From contig CAVVPN010000011.1 in NCBI GenBank assembly GCA_963750165.1, positions 1,376,001 through 1,440,000 of the forward strand: 64,000 bases of DNA. Direction: 5' to 3'. Source of the DNA: an uncultured Gemmataceae bacterium (GTDB taxonomy: Bacteria > Planctomycetota > Planctomycetia > Gemmatales > Gemmataceae). The notes under the pieces are model-generated. The model had not been told where the DNA came from, did not search any database, and saw only the letters and a program-made list of their open reading frames with translations. Position 1 is the first letter of the stretch. Every line of letters begins with the position of its first letter. Below are positions 49,522-60,829 of the stretch, piece by piece. A program made the position numbers and the translations under genes.

Positions 49522-51033
49522 TCAGGTTTGCTCCCGGAGGATGGCCTCCAGTTGGTTCATGTCCAGCGCTGCCTCCACCGCATCCGCGAGTCGTTCCAGT
49601 TCTCCGTGCAACGAGTCGCTGCTCGAAGCCGTGACCGCCGACCTCGCGCCGCCGCGCCGGAGACTGTCGAGCCAGACGCGGCGCAGGACGTCGTTCGCGA
49701 AGAGCCCGTGCAGATAGCAGCCCCAGACCCGGCTGTCCTCGCTCACCGCGCCGTCCAGCAGCCCGACACCGCGGCCGTTTCGCTGGACGATCTCAAGCCA
49801 GGGATGCCCGCCGCTGGTCCGGCCCAGGTGGATCTCGTAACCCGTCACTTCCTGCCTCTCAAGAAAACTCAGCCAGCCCGATCCGCCGCGCACCCGAGCC
49901 TGGGTCTGATAGGTCGCCTTGGTCGCCTCGAAGGTCGTCTCCACCGGGAGCAGTCCGAGTCCGGGAACTTCCGACACGGCGGATTCGACACCGAGCGGAT
50001 CCCGGATCACCTGGCCCAGCATCTGATAGCCGCCGCAGACGCCCACGACGGCGGTGCCCTCCCGGGCCAGGTGCTGAATCGCCGCAGCCAGTCCCTGGGC
50101 CCGGAGCCAGGACAGATCCGACACTGTGCTCTTGGTGCCGGGGAGGATGACGGCGTGCGGCTGTCCCAGTTCCGCCACGGTGCTGACGTAGCGTAACCCC
50201 ACCCCCGAGTCTCGGAGGAACGGGTCGAAGTCGTCAAAGTTGGCGACGTGCGGCAGTCGGATCACGACCACGTCAACCTCAACCGCCAGGGAAACAGGGC
50301 CGACGGTGTCGAGGGCCACAGCGTCTTCCTCCGGGATCGCAAGGCCCGTCAGGTGAGGGACCACGCCCAGCACCGGGACGCCCCCGCGTTCCTCCAGGAT
50401 GCGCACTCCGTCGGCGAACAGGGCTCGATCACCGCGGAACTTGTTGACTACCAGACCGCGAACCAGTTTGCGGTCGCCCGGTTCCAGGAGCAAGAGCGTC
50501 CCGAGTAACTGGGCGAACACACCCCCGCGGTCGATGTCACCCACCAGCAGCACTGGGGCAGAGGCGTGCCGGGCCACGGCCATGTTGGCGATGTCCACGG
50601 CCCGCAAATTCAGCTCTACCGGGCTGCCGGCCCCCTCAATCAGGACCAACTCATGGGCGGCGCGCAGCCGATCCAGCGCGGTGGTCACGACCGGCCACAG
50701 TTCCTCCCGACGGCGGTAGTAATTGGCAGCACGCATTGTCCTCCAGGGTCGGCCAAGGACGATCACCTGGGACCGCGCATCCGTCTCCGGCTTGAGAAGC
50801 ACGGGATTCATGTCCGCGGTCGGCTCAACGCCGGCCGCCGCCGCCTGCACCGCCTGCGCCCGGCCGATCTCCGCGCCGTCGGCACAGACGGCGGCGTTGT
50901 TGGACATGTTCTGGGCCTTGAACGGCGCCACCCGCAGCCCGCGCCGGGCGAAGACACGGCATAGTGCCGTTGTCAGCAGGCTCTTGCCCACGGACGAACT
51001 GGTTCCCTGGATCATGAGCACCCGCGCGGGCAT
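49522..51033 (-). CDS. cobQ: Cobyric acid synthase (CobQ/CbiP)
   Basis: QGTSSSVGKS, PFKAQNMSNN, EGAGSP, GDIDRGG, GVCGGYQMLG, YLHG. Confidence 0.96.
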   Translation of the reverse strand: MPARVLMIQGTSSSVGKSLLTTALCRVFARRGLRVAPFKAQNMSNNAAVCADGAEIGRAQAVQAAAAGVEPTADMNPVLLKPETDARSQVIVLGRPWRTMRAANYYRRREELWPVVTTALDRLRAAHELVLIEGAGSPVELNLRAVDIANMAVARHASAPVLLVGDIDRGGVFAQLLGTLLLLEPGDRKLVRGLVVNKFRGDRALFADGVRILEERGGVPVLGVVPHLTGLAIPEEDAVALDTVGPVSLAVEVDVVVIRLPHVANFDDFDPFLRDSGVGLRYVSTVAELGQPHAVILPGTKSTVSDLSWLRAQGLAAAIQHLAREGTAVVGVCGGYQMLGQVIRDPLGVESAVSEVPGLGLLPVETTFEATKATYQTQARVRGGSGWLSFLERQEVTGYEIHLGRTSGGHPWLEIVQRNGRGVGLLDGAVSEDSRVWGCYLHGLFANDVLRRVWLDSLRRGGARSAVTASSSDSLHGELERLADAVEAALDMNQLEAILREQT

Positions 51034-52115
51034 GGGTGCCACACCTCCCGAATCGCGGCCAGGAGTCGCTCGTTTTCCTCCGGCCGGCGCGTGGCGATAC
51101 GGACATGGCCGGGCAGGCCGAAGGAAGCACAAGCGCGGACCAGCATGCCGCGGCTCAGCAGCGCCGACCGAAAGGCAGTACCGTCACCCACTCGGACCAG
51201 GAAGAACGGCACGGCCGAGGGCACCGACCGCAACCCGAGTTCGCTCAATCCCGCCAGCAAGCTCTCCCGGGCACGGCCGAGTAAAACCAGGGAGCAGTCT
51301 CGGTGGGCCACGTCCCCGAGGGCGGCCACCCCGGCTGCCTGTGCCAGGGTGTTGACACTCCAGGGCGGTTGGGCGCGCCGCAGTGTATCGGCCAACGCGG
51401 CGGGACCGACGGAATAACCGAGCCGCAGGCCCGCCAGGGCGAAGTCCTTCGTCATGGATCGCAACACCAGCACGTTTACCGCCGCCAGTTCCAAGGCCGA
51501 GCGTAAGTCCGGGGCGAAGGGCAAATAAGCTTCGTCCACGACGAACAGCGTGTCAGCGTGCTGCCGCGCCCAATTCCCCACGGCCTCGGCAGGCAAGGTA
51601 GCGCCTGTCGGATTGTTGGGGTTGCACACGAAAACCACCCGTGGCCGTAGCCGCTGGATGTCTCGGGCGATGGCGTCGGCGTCTGGAGCAAAACCGTCTT
51701 CAGCGTGAGCCTGCCAGCCCTGGACGCGGCCTGCCATCAGTCGGGCTGCGCGGGCGTATTCCGAGTATGTGGGGCCAACCACCAGGATTGGGTCTCCGGG
51801 ACGGACGAAGGCCAGCGCCGTCAACCAGATCAACTCGGAAGCTCCGTTCCCGACGACAATCTGTCTCACCGGGACTCCGAGGAAATCCGCGAGAGCGGCA
51901 CGGAGGACCAGGGCTTCGCGATCCGGGTATCGGTCAACGGGTGCCTTCGCCAGTGCCGCCCGTACCGCCGGTGACGGGCCGTAGGGGTTGACATTCGCGC
52001 TGAAATCCAGCGTGTCTTCGGGTTGCAGACCCAGGGCCTGGATCTCCAGGAAATCCAGTCCGCCGTGAACGGCGGGAGCAACCTCCCCAGTTTGCCGGCG
52101 TGGCTCAGGCAGCAT
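51012..52115 (-). CDS. cobD: L-threonine-O-3-phosphate decarboxylase (PLP-dependent)
   Basis: HGG, DFSANVNP, NPNNPTG, VDEAY, RSMTKDFALAGLRLGY; cob context. Confidence 0.85.
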   Translation of the reverse strand: MLPEPRRQTGEVAPAVHGGLDFLEIQALGLQPEDTLDFSANVNPYGPSPAVRAALAKAPVDRYPDREALVLRAALADFLGVPVRQIVVGNGASELIWLTALAFVRPGDPILVVGPTYSEYARAARLMAGRVQGWQAHAEDGFAPDADAIARDIQRLRPRVVFVCNPNNPTGATLPAEAVGNWARQHADTLFVVDEAYLPFAPDLRSALELAAVNVLVLRSMTKDFALAGLRLGYSVGPAALADTLRRAQPPWSVNTLAQAAGVAALGDVAHRDCSLVLLGRARESLLAGLSELGLRSVPSAVPFFLVRVGDGTAFRSALLSRGMLVRACASFGLPGHVRIATRRPEENERLLAAIREVWHPCPRGCS

Positions 52116-52926
52116 GGCCACCTCCCGCCACGAACACCAGCAGGACGACCGTTTCCAGCAACTCACACAGGGCGCCGTAGAGGTCGCCGGTGAGGCCAGG
52201 CAGGCGGCGCAAGGCGAACCGGGCCAATCCCCAGGTCGCCACCCCCGAGAGAGTCAGGGCCAGTGGCGTCCGCCAGACATCCGTCACGGTGGCCACGGCT
52301 GCCACGGTCAGGCCGGCGATGGCTGTGGCCAGGATCACCTGGGGCCAGCTTGCGTTATCCTTCATGGTTCGCCCGAGCCCTTCCGGGCGACCGTAGGGGA
52401 AGCCAACCACCGCCACGGCCACACCCCAGCGGCCCAGTGTGAGGGCCAGGACCAGGGCCGTGAGCCGATCCGTGAGACTGGCGAGCGTTGCGTATTTCAG
52501 CACCAGAAGCAGGACACCGCCGACCACGGCGAACGCCCCGACCCGTTCGTCGCGCATGATGCGCAACCGGGACTCCGGCGTGTGTCCGCCGAACAGGCCG
52601 TCACAGGTGTCCAGAAAACCGTCCAGGTGCAGGGCGCCCGTGCCGAGGGCCCAGGCAACGAGAACCAGGGCCGCCGTTACACCCGAGGGAAACACCAGCC
52701 CCAGGAGTTGGTCCAGGGCCGCCAGGAACCCGCCGAGCAGTACGCCCACCAGGGGAAACCAGCCCACGGAGCGACCCAGTTCGCTGGGGGTGAACGGCCG
52801 GCGGACCAGCGGCGGCGCCACGGTCAGGAACTGCACAGCGGCCAGGAAGGGCGTGAACCACCCGCCACGCTCCTGATCGGGAGACGGCGTCAGAGCCGGC
52901 GGCGACTCGTGGAGAAAGACCGTCAT
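52105..52926 (-). CDS. cobS: Adenosylcobinamide-GDP ribazoletransferase (cobalamin synthase)
   Basis: TGALHLDGFLDTCDG, IMRDERVGAF, GLTGDLYGA. Confidence 0.95.
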   Translation of the reverse strand: MTVFLHESPPALTPSPDQERGGWFTPFLAAVQFLTVAPPLVRRPFTPSELGRSVGWFPLVGVLLGGFLAALDQLLGLVFPSGVTAALVLVAWALGTGALHLDGFLDTCDGLFGGHTPESRLRIMRDERVGAFAVVGGVLLLVLKYATLASLTDRLTALVLALTLGRWGVAVAVVGFPYGRPEGLGRTMKDNASWPQVILATAIAGLTVAAVATVTDVWRTPLALTLSGVATWGLARFALRRLPGLTGDLYGALCELLETVVLLVFVAGGGHAA

Positions 52927-54325
52927 GCCACCCCTCCCCGCGCGGCGTTCCAGGCCGCCTTCACCAACCGTGCAGCCAACCCCGGCCGGGCCCCAAAGTT
53001 GAGATGGACATAAGAGGCCCACAGACTGCCGAGACTGGCCCCCTCCGCTCGCGGTGCTTCCGTCCCGCGCGCGGCGTCAGGAGGTAAGCCGGGGGCAGGT
53101 CACCGGGCCGCCCTTCCCAGGCCGAGTAGTGGAACTCGTGCCCGCGCAACGTCTCCCCTTCCGGGAGCAACCAGGAGCCGGCCGCTACCCGGGCCAGCCG
53201 GTAGCCGAGGGTCAACCGATTCGTCATGACCGAGTGTCCCGGCAACAGACCGACCATCGCGTGGGGGCGACCGTCGCCGTCCACGATGGCTTCCGTCAGG
53301 TACATCAGGCCGCCACACTCGGCGTAGATCGGCAGGCCCCGGCGGTGCGCTACGCGGAGGGCGATGTGCAGTTCCCGGTTGCCGGCCAGTGCCGCGGCAT
53401 ACATTTCCGGGAAGCCGCCGCTCAGCAGGATGCCGGCGGTGTCGCGGGGCAAGGCACGGTCCCGGATCGGGCTGAAGTAGGCAATCTCTGCCCCCGCTTC
53501 CCGGAGCAAGTCCAGGTTGTCCTCGTAGGTGAAGTGAAACGCCTCATCCCGCGCCACTGCGATCACTGGTCGATCCGAGACGGGCAACAGTTCAGCGGCC
53601 GGGAAGGTTTCGTCGTCGGGCAGGAGCGCCAACGGAGGGGCTTGGCGGGCGATGTTCAGGAGTTGGTCCACGTCCACGTAGCGACTCACGAAATCGGCGG
53701 CGGCTTGAATGAACGCTTGCCAACGGCCCGGCTCGGCTGTCGGGACCAGGCCGAGGTGACGCTCAGGGACGCGCAGCGCTTCCTCCCGAGGGAGCCAGCC
53801 GAAAACCGATAGTCCCGTGGCCTGGGTGACGGCCGTGGCAACCCCGTCTCCGTGCCCAGGCCCGGCGACGCGGTTGATGATGAAGCCCGCCAGTGGCAGG
53901 CCCGGGTCGAAGCTCTGGAAACCGAGGGCGACGGCGCCAGCACTGCGGGCCATCTTCCCGGCGTCGAGCACCAACACCACTGGCGCCCGCAGGAGTTTGG
54001 CCACCTCCGCGGTGCTGCCCATCGCGTCCTCGTAGCCGGCGCCGTCATACAACCCCATGACACCTTCGATCACGGTCACGTCCGCAGTGGCGGCGGCCCG
54101 GGCGAACCGGGAGCGCACACACTCGGCGGGCAGCATCCAGGTGTCCAGATTGCGGCAGGGCCGTCCCGAGGCCAGGGTGTGGTAACTCGGGTCGATGTAG
54201 TCGGGGCCGACCTTCCCGGGCTGAACACTCAGGCCGCGGCGGCGCAGGGAGGCAATGAGGCCCACCGTCAGGGTGGTTTTGCCAACCCCGCTCTGCGTTC
54301 CCGCGATGACCAACCGTGCGCCCAT
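52923..54325 (-). CDS. cobB: Cobyrinate a,c-diamide synthase (CobB/CbiA); apparent frameshift near 53068
   Basis: SGVGKTT, KVGPDYID, EGVMG, ERHLGL, AECGG, GHEFHYS; the SYVH tail lies in another frame ending at TGA 52923-52925. Confidence 0.93.
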
Positions 54326-54332
54326 GCTGTAC

Positions 54333-56270
54333 CTACACCCGTTGCCGGACTTTCAATACCAACGACTCCGCCGACAGCCCTTCCAGCGGCAGACACTCGG
54401 CCCCGAGTGCGGCCGCCAGTTCCGACCCCCGTCCCAGGCGGACGAAACCCGCCTCCGAGTCCAGGACCAGTGCCGGCAGTCCCGCTGCGGCCAGCCCGCG
54501 GGCCGCGTCAAGCGACTGCCGCCACGGGTCTCCGGTGGTGTCGGGCAGCGGGACGTTGGCCTTGCCGTCGCTGAGCAACACCAGCAGGGTCGGTCCCTCG
54601 GCCCGGGACCACCGGGATTCGCGGAAGACCTCGCCGGCCAGTACCAGGGCATGGGGCAGCGGCGTGCGCCCGCCCGTCGGGAGGACGCGCAACGCTTGCT
54701 CCGCCAGGTCCACACTCTCTGTGGGCGGCAGCAACACCTCCGCCCTCGGCCCTCGGAAGGCGATAACGCTCACCTCGTCACGCTGCTCGTAGGCGCTGTG
54801 CAGCAGGCCGAGGACCGCTCCCTTGACCAGTTCCATGCGCCGCCGCGCCGCCATCGAGCCGGAGGCGTCCACGGCGAAGAGGATGCGTGTTCCCGTCCTG
54901 CCCGACCGTTCCTTGCGGTGCAGGTCGGCACGCTCGATCACCGGTCGGCCGTCCATCACGGCCCCGCGCAGGACCGCAGCCCGGATCGTTGCGTCGATGG
55001 CCAGGTCAGCCGGCTTTGTATCGGGAACGGCCCGGACGTAGGGGCCGCGCTCCCGGTTCGGTATGGGGTTGCGACGGCCCGCGAACTCGGAACCGTCACG
55101 GCCCTGGGGAGGGGCCACTTCGATGCGGCGAACCGGCTGGGGCGCCGTTGGGGTGAACACCTGCTCGGCTTGCCTGTTCCCACCTCCCCGTGGCGGCCCC
55201 TCGGAATGTTCGGTCGATTCCCCTTCGCCGGGCTGCTCGGGTTCGGCCGTCCCGTCCCGAGACATTTCCAACCGAGACAGAGACTCCTGCAACCGCTCCC
55301 GGTCCAGGTGTGGCTGCTCGAAGGGCCGTCGGCGCTGGCGGTGGGGCAGCACCAGCTCCGCTGCAGCACGAACGTCTGCCGTCGTCACGGCGTCGCGCCC
55401 GTCCAGCGCTGCCAGCGCCCGGGCCGTCTTGTGCAGCACAATGTCGGCACGCAGGCCGTCCACCTCGAACTCACAGCAGAGCCGACTGATGGCGGTCAGC
55501 AGAGCGTCCTCCAGAGTGACCCGGGGCAGCAGCACGCGGGCGTCCGTGATGCGCCGCCGCAGGGCCGCCTGTTCGCCCTCCCACCGGGCCGCGAAGACAA
55601 TGGGGTCCGCCTCGAATGCCAGTCGGCGCCGCACCACCTCGGTCCGGACTGCCGGGTCGCGCGGCCCGGTCACGTCCACCATCAGGCCGAAGCGGTCGAG
55701 CAGCTGTGGCCGCAGGTTGCCCTCCTCGGGGTTCATGGTGCCGACCAGCAGGAACCGGGCCGGGTGGACGACCGACACTCCCTCCCGCTGCACGGTGCTG
55801 ACGCCCAGCGCCGCCGCGTCGAGCAGGACATCGACCAGGTGATCGGGCAACAGGTTCACCTCGTCGATGTACAGAATGCCGCGGTGGGCCGCGGCCAACA
55901 ATCCCGGTTGCACGGCCCGCCGCCCCTCCCGCAAGGCGCGCTCGAAGTCAAGGGTTCCCAGCACCCGGTCTTCCGTTGCACCAAGCGGCAGGTCCACGAA
56001 CGGGGCGCTCGACTCGGCGGCCCGGCGCTCAGCGGCGATGACACAGTGGGGACACTCGGGCCAGGGAGTGTCGGGATCACAGTTGAACGGGCAACCCTCG
56101 ACCACCCGCACAGGTGGCAACAACGACCGCAGACCGCGGGCGGCCGTGCTCTTGGCCGTGCCCTTCTCGCCGCGCACCAGCACGCCGCCAATGGCCGGGT
56201 AGACGGCGTTCAGCAGCAGGGCCGTCTTCAACGGCTCCTGACCGACCAGCGCACAGAAAGGGTAGTCCAC
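54333..56270 (-). CDS. ChlI/ChlD-type AAA+ ATPase fused to a vWA domain (putative cobaltochelatase partner of CobN)
   Basis: GEKGTAKST, LYIDEVNLL, GTMNPEEG, DASGSM MIDAS, GGRTPL, LSDG. Confidence 0.92.
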   Translation of the reverse strand: MDYPFCALVGQEPLKTALLLNAVYPAIGGVLVRGEKGTAKSTAARGLRSLLPPVRVVEGCPFNCDPDTPWPECPHCVIAAERRAAESSAPFVDLPLGATEDRVLGTLDFERALREGRRAVQPGLLAAAHRGILYIDEVNLLPDHLVDVLLDAAALGVSTVQREGVSVVHPARFLLVGTMNPEEGNLRPQLLDRFGLMVDVTGPRDPAVRTEVVRRRLAFEADPIVFAARWEGEQAALRRRITDARVLLPRVTLEDALLTAISRLCCEFEVDGLRADIVLHKTARALAALDGRDAVTTADVRAAAELVLPHRQRRRPFEQPHLDRERLQESLSRLEMSRDGTAEPEQPGEGESTEHSEGPPRGGGNRQAEQVFTPTAPQPVRRIEVAPPQGRDGSEFAGRRNPIPNRERGPYVRAVPDTKPADLAIDATIRAAVLRGAVMDGRPVIERADLHRKERSGRTGTRILFAVDASGSMAARRRMELVKGAVLGLLHSAYEQRDEVSVIAFRGPRAEVLLPPTESVDLAEQALRVLPTGGRTPLPHALVLAGEVFRESRWSRAEGPTLLVLLSDGKANVPLPDTTGDPWRQSLDAARGLAAAGLPALVLDSEAGFVRLGRGSELAAALGAECLPLEGLSAESLVLKVRQRV

Positions 56271-56273
56271 GAG

Positions 56274-59200
56274 TCACTGGCCTCCCGCTGGTTGGGCGGC
56301 AACCTCGCCGCGGGCTTCTAGCAACTCCTCGCTCCTCAGGAGTGTCTGCCGCAAGGCGTCCAGCGTCTCGGACTGTGGCGCCGCCCACAGGCCGCGCTGA
56401 GCCGCTTCCAGCAGCCGTTCCGAGACGGCGTGCAGAGCCCAGGGATTGCTGCGCGCGAAAAACGCCTGCATGGCCGGGTCCAGGGCGTAGACTCGGGCCA
56501 CCTGCTCGTACATCCAATCTTCCACAACGTTGGCGGTCGCGTCGTAGCCGAACAGGTAATCGACCGTCGCCGCCAGTTCCAGGCCGCCCTTGTAGCCGTG
56601 CCGCGTAATGGCGTCGAGCCACTTGGGATTGACGACGCGCGTGCGAAACACGCGCAGCGCCTCCTGTCTCAGGTCGCGCACGGCGGGCCGGGCCGGGTCA
56701 TGGGTGTCGCCGAAGTAGTGCCGCGGCTGGCGACCAGTCAACGCCCGGATGGTGGCGATCATGCCGCCGTGGAACTGGAAGTAATCGTCACTGTCGAAAA
56801 TGTCGTGTTCACGGTTGTCCTGGTTGTGCAGGGCGATCTGCACCTCGGCGAGCCGGCGGCGGAAGGCGGGCCGCGCGTCCACACCCTGACCGTCGGCAGT
56901 GTAAGCGTAGCCGCCCCAGTTGACGTATGTCTCGGCAAAATCGGCATCGTCGTGCCAGTTGCGTTCGTCGATCAACGGCAGCAGACCGGCGCCATAACAG
57001 CCGGGTTTGGAGCCGAAGACGCGGTAGCTCGCCTGTCGCTCGGGCTCGGGCAGTCCCGCCGCGACGTTGGCCGCCAGATCCGCGAGATAGTGCTTGCGGA
57101 CGTAGTTCTGCTCGGGCGGTTCGTCGCGCTGGGCGACTGCCTGTACGGCTTCATCCAGCAGCTTGATGAGGTGTGGGAAAGCGTCGCGGAAGAAGCCGCT
57201 GATGCGCACCGTCACGTCGATACGCGGCCGGCCCAGTGTCTCCAGCGGGACCACTTCGACGCCCAGGAGGCGGCGGTTCTCCTTCTGCCACGTCGGCCGC
57301 ACGCCGAGCAGTGCCAGCACCTCGGCCACGTCATCGCCGTGGGTGCGCATGGCACTCGTGCCCCACACACTGATGCCAACACTTTCGGGATACGCGCCCG
57401 TCTCACGGCGGTAGTGCTCCAGCACTTCGCGGGCCAACTCCTGTCCCACTTGCCACGCCGCGGCCGATGGCAGCGCCCGCGGATCGACGGCGTAAAAGTT
57501 GCGTCCCGTCGGCAGCACATGAGCCATGCCGCGCGTCGGCGCTCCACTCGGCCCGGCCGGGACGTACTCGCCCGCCAGGCCGGACAGCAGATTGTCGATC
57601 TCGTCCGTGGTCCGGCTCAGGGCCGGTACCAGCCGCTCACAGACGAACACCAGGACTGTCCGCACGGCCTCGGTCCCGGAGTCGTCACCGAAGGTCTCGG
57701 TGAGGACGGTCGAAATTGTCTCGGCCCGGAACTGCTGGCGCTGAAGCAATTCCAGCAGATGGCGACACAGTTCGTCGATGGTCTCCAGGGCGTCGGCCTG
57801 GGTGGCGAGCGGGCGGCCGGCCAGGCGGACCAGGGCGGGCGGCGCGTCCAGGGGACGGCCCCGTTCCGCCAGCAGCGCATCGAGACTGAGCCCGAATCGA
57901 CCTGCCACCGCGGCACGGAGACTAGGCACATCCAGGTTCGGAATCCACGTCAGCGCCTGCAACAGGCCGACCAGCTGTTCACCTTCGGGCACCTGCCCCA
58001 GAATGTGCAGACCGTCTCGGATCTGAGCCCCGGCCAACTCGCACAGGTAGCCGTCCAGTTCCTGAATCAGATGCGACACCTCGCGGCCGCGCATCTGGGC
58101 CAGTGTCACGGGGGTGCCGTCGGCGGTCACGGCGTCGTCCCACTCGTGCGTATGGCCGTCCTCGCTCCGCTGCATCAGATACTTCAGGTCGTCTTCCAGG
58201 TGGGCCTGCCGAATGAGGTCCCAAATCTGTTGCTGGAGCAGCGGCATCTTGGACGGGTCGAGCAGCTCGACCTGGTAATACTCGTCCACCAGTTGCATCA
58301 ACTCGGCCAGTTCGCCGTGGGCGTCGGCCGTGGTCATTGGCGGCGTCAGGTGGTCGATGATGACGGCGTGACCGCGGCGCTTGGCCTGCGCTCCCTCGCC
58401 CGGGTCGTTCAGGATGAACGGGTAAAACAGCGGCAGATCATCGAGAAAACGATCGGGGTAGCAGTCCGCGGACAGGCCGACGCCCTTGCCGGGCAGCCAT
58501 TCCAGGGTGCCGTGCTTGCCCAGGTGGACGACGGCGTCGGCGCCGCCACACGTCACGCAGCCAGCGGTACAGAGCATAGTAATTGTGCGGCGGCGGCAGG
58601 TCGGGCTGGTGGTAAATCGCACTCGGGTCCATGCCGTGGCCGCGCGGCGGTTGCAGCGCCACGAAGACGTTGCCCAGCTCCAGGCCGGCCAGGGCGATGT
58701 GGCCGTCGTGGACGTAAGCGGTCCCGGGTGGGGCTCCCCACTGTTCGGTCATCTGGCGGCGCTGGCCCTCGGTCAGTTCGTCGAACCAGTGACAGTACTG
58801 TGTCACCGGGACGCGGCCCGCGGCATTCGCCAGCTGTTCGGTGGTCAGCAACGTTTCGTCGTAGGAGCAGCGATCGATGAGGGCGTGGATGAGGGCGTCG
58901 CCATCGGGCGGCAGGTCGTCGATGAGATAGCCGGCGTCGCGCAGGGCGACCAGCACACACAGTAGCGATGCCGGGGCGTCCAGGCCGACGGCGTTGCCGA
59001 CCTTCGCGGCCTTGCCGGGGGCGTTCGTCAGCACGAAGGCGATGCGCCTGTCTCGGTTCGGCGTGCGGCGCAGGGCCGCAAACCGCAAAGCCAGGCCCGC
59101 GACCCGGGCGATACGGTCAGGGACAGGAGTGTAGTGAATTGCTTCGGTACGGTTGACAGGCGAGACGCCTGCACCACGGTCGGGTTCCTTGAATGAGACG

Positions 59201-60669
59201 GGCACCGTGATGACGCGGCCGTCGAACTCCGGCAGCGCCACGTTCATCGCCGTGTCGAGCGGGTTGAGGCCGCGCTGCGACGCCTCCCACTGCCAGCGCG
59301 CCGTGCTGCCACAGATCGCCTGCAACACTGGTACGCCCAGGGTGGAAAAGACACTCACGGACCAGCCTGCCGGTGTCGGCCCATCCGCCCGCACCTCGCC
59401 GAGCGCGAACGAGACAGTGGCGATCAGCACGTCAATCACCAGCCGGCCGTCCGCCATCAACAGCGACAGCGCCGCGGGCCAGCGTCCTGGCGGTAGACCC
59501 TCGGGCGGCGCGGCCTCATCCTTCAGCGAGGCGGTGAACACCGGCAAGGCGTTCGCCCCGCGCGTCTCCAGTTCGCGCACACAGGCGTCGATGAAGTCGA
59601 GGTTGCCGCTCATCCAGTGTGAGCGGTAAAAGAGCAGGCCAACACTCGGCCGGGACGGGTCGCGGCGGGCCAGCCAGTCCGCCACCGTCGTGCCGCGCGG
59701 CAGGTCCGGGTGATAAACGCCGTGCTGCGGTTGCTCGGCGGGAACCCCGTAGCCGAAGCCGGTCAGCAACAGATGGTCGGCGAGGAAGCGCAGCAGCTGG
59801 GCGAGGTTGTCCGGGCCGCCGGCTTGCAGGTAAGCGGTGGCCTCGTGGATCACGGCGGGCGAGACGGTGGACGCGGCGGTCAACTCGGGGTCGGGCTGAC
59901 CGGTGCCGCTGACGACGAGCAAGTGTTGGCCACGAGCGCGGGCGGCGTCGGCCAGAGCACGGAAGCCCGGCACACTCTGGACGCCGCCCAGTAGCCGCAC
60001 CACCACCACACGCGGCGCCGCCTCCGGCCAGGTCAGGGCGGCGGCCAGGTGATCCTCGGTCGCGACCTTGCCCAGGCTCAGCGCCCGCACCGGCGGGAAG
60101 CCTTCCGGCAACCCCGACAGCGCCGGCCTCAGTGCCAACAGGTCGGTGTCAGCGTGCGTCAGGAACAGGATGCCATCCGCCGCACGAGGCCCCGTGGTCC
60201 GAGCCCGAGCGCCAGCGAGGGGCCCCTCGCTGGCGCTCGGGCTCGGACCACTAGCCCCTGTGCCGTGCGTCCAGGCGTAGTAGGTGAAGACGTACTCCGC
60301 CAGCTCCGGAGGCGGTGGCAGGTAACCGTCGGCCGCCAGCATCTGGTCGATGTAATCGAAGACAGCGCGAATCTGAGCCTCACCGTTGATCGACTGGAAC
60401 CACACGGGCCGGCCGTCAAAGAACAGCAGCGCCACGTTGGCCAGCGGACACGGCCCCAGACAGCCGCTCATCGTCAGCTGCACCAGCTTGCGGATTTTCC
60501 GACGCCGGTACTCCTGTTTGTAGAAATCCACCGGCACCGCCGCGAAGCCGCGCTCCGTGTGACCGCAGCAGCAGCCCTTGGCGCAGACCATCAGGTGGGC
60601 ACGCCTGGCCACCAGGTGGATCGGCTTGCCGTCCAGGCGCAGAATACGGTTGCGCTGCTTGCGTGCCAT
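56274..60669 (-). CDS. cobN: Cobaltochelatase CobN with an N-terminal thioredoxin-like ferredoxin domain; apparent frameshift near 58545
   Basis: [48 protein letters not shown]-terminal VCAKGCCCG...GCLGPC. Confidence 0.93.
60194..60251. repeat. Perfect 58-bp palindrome (REP family A) inside the cobN reading frame
   Basis: GTGGTCCGAGCCCGAGCGCCAGCGAGGGG followed by its exact reverse complement. Confidence 0.95.
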
Positions 60670-60673
60670 GGGC

Positions 60674-60829
60674 TCACTTCGGGTTCGGTGCGGGCGACTC
60701 CGCCGACGCCGGCCGCGGCCGCGCCAGCCAGCGGCCGAGCAGTTCCCAGCCGACATAGACGCCCGCGGCGAACAGACACAGCAGCACCGGTACGTGGTGC
60801 CCCTCGATGTGGTGGGCCAGCAGATTCAT
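60674..60829 (-). CDS. 51-aa single-TM microprotein with His-rich N-terminus (not in the ORF track)
   Basis: MNLLAHHIEGHHVPVLLCLFAAGVYVGWELLGRWLARPRPASAESPAPNPK; SD AAGGAGG; ATGA overlap with the upstream ORF; stop 4 nt before the cobN ATG. Confidence 0.75.
   Translation of the reverse strand: MNLLAHHIEGHHVPVLLCLFAAGVYVGWELLGRWLARPRPASAESPAPNPK

Noticed and set aside
52860..52905. CobS N-terminal PPALTPSPDQERGG resembling a repeat-derived peptide
   Set aside because: No clear palindrome remains at the DNA level
54333..56270. Magnesium chelatase implying photosynthesis
   Set aside because: Adjacent to cobN in a B12 operon, with no bch/chl genes in the window
56274..60669. cobN, cobB, pfkA and pxpB as true pseudogenes or programmed-frameshift genes
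   Set aside because: Single indels in otherwise intact genes with no slippery heptamers; sequencing error is more parsimonious
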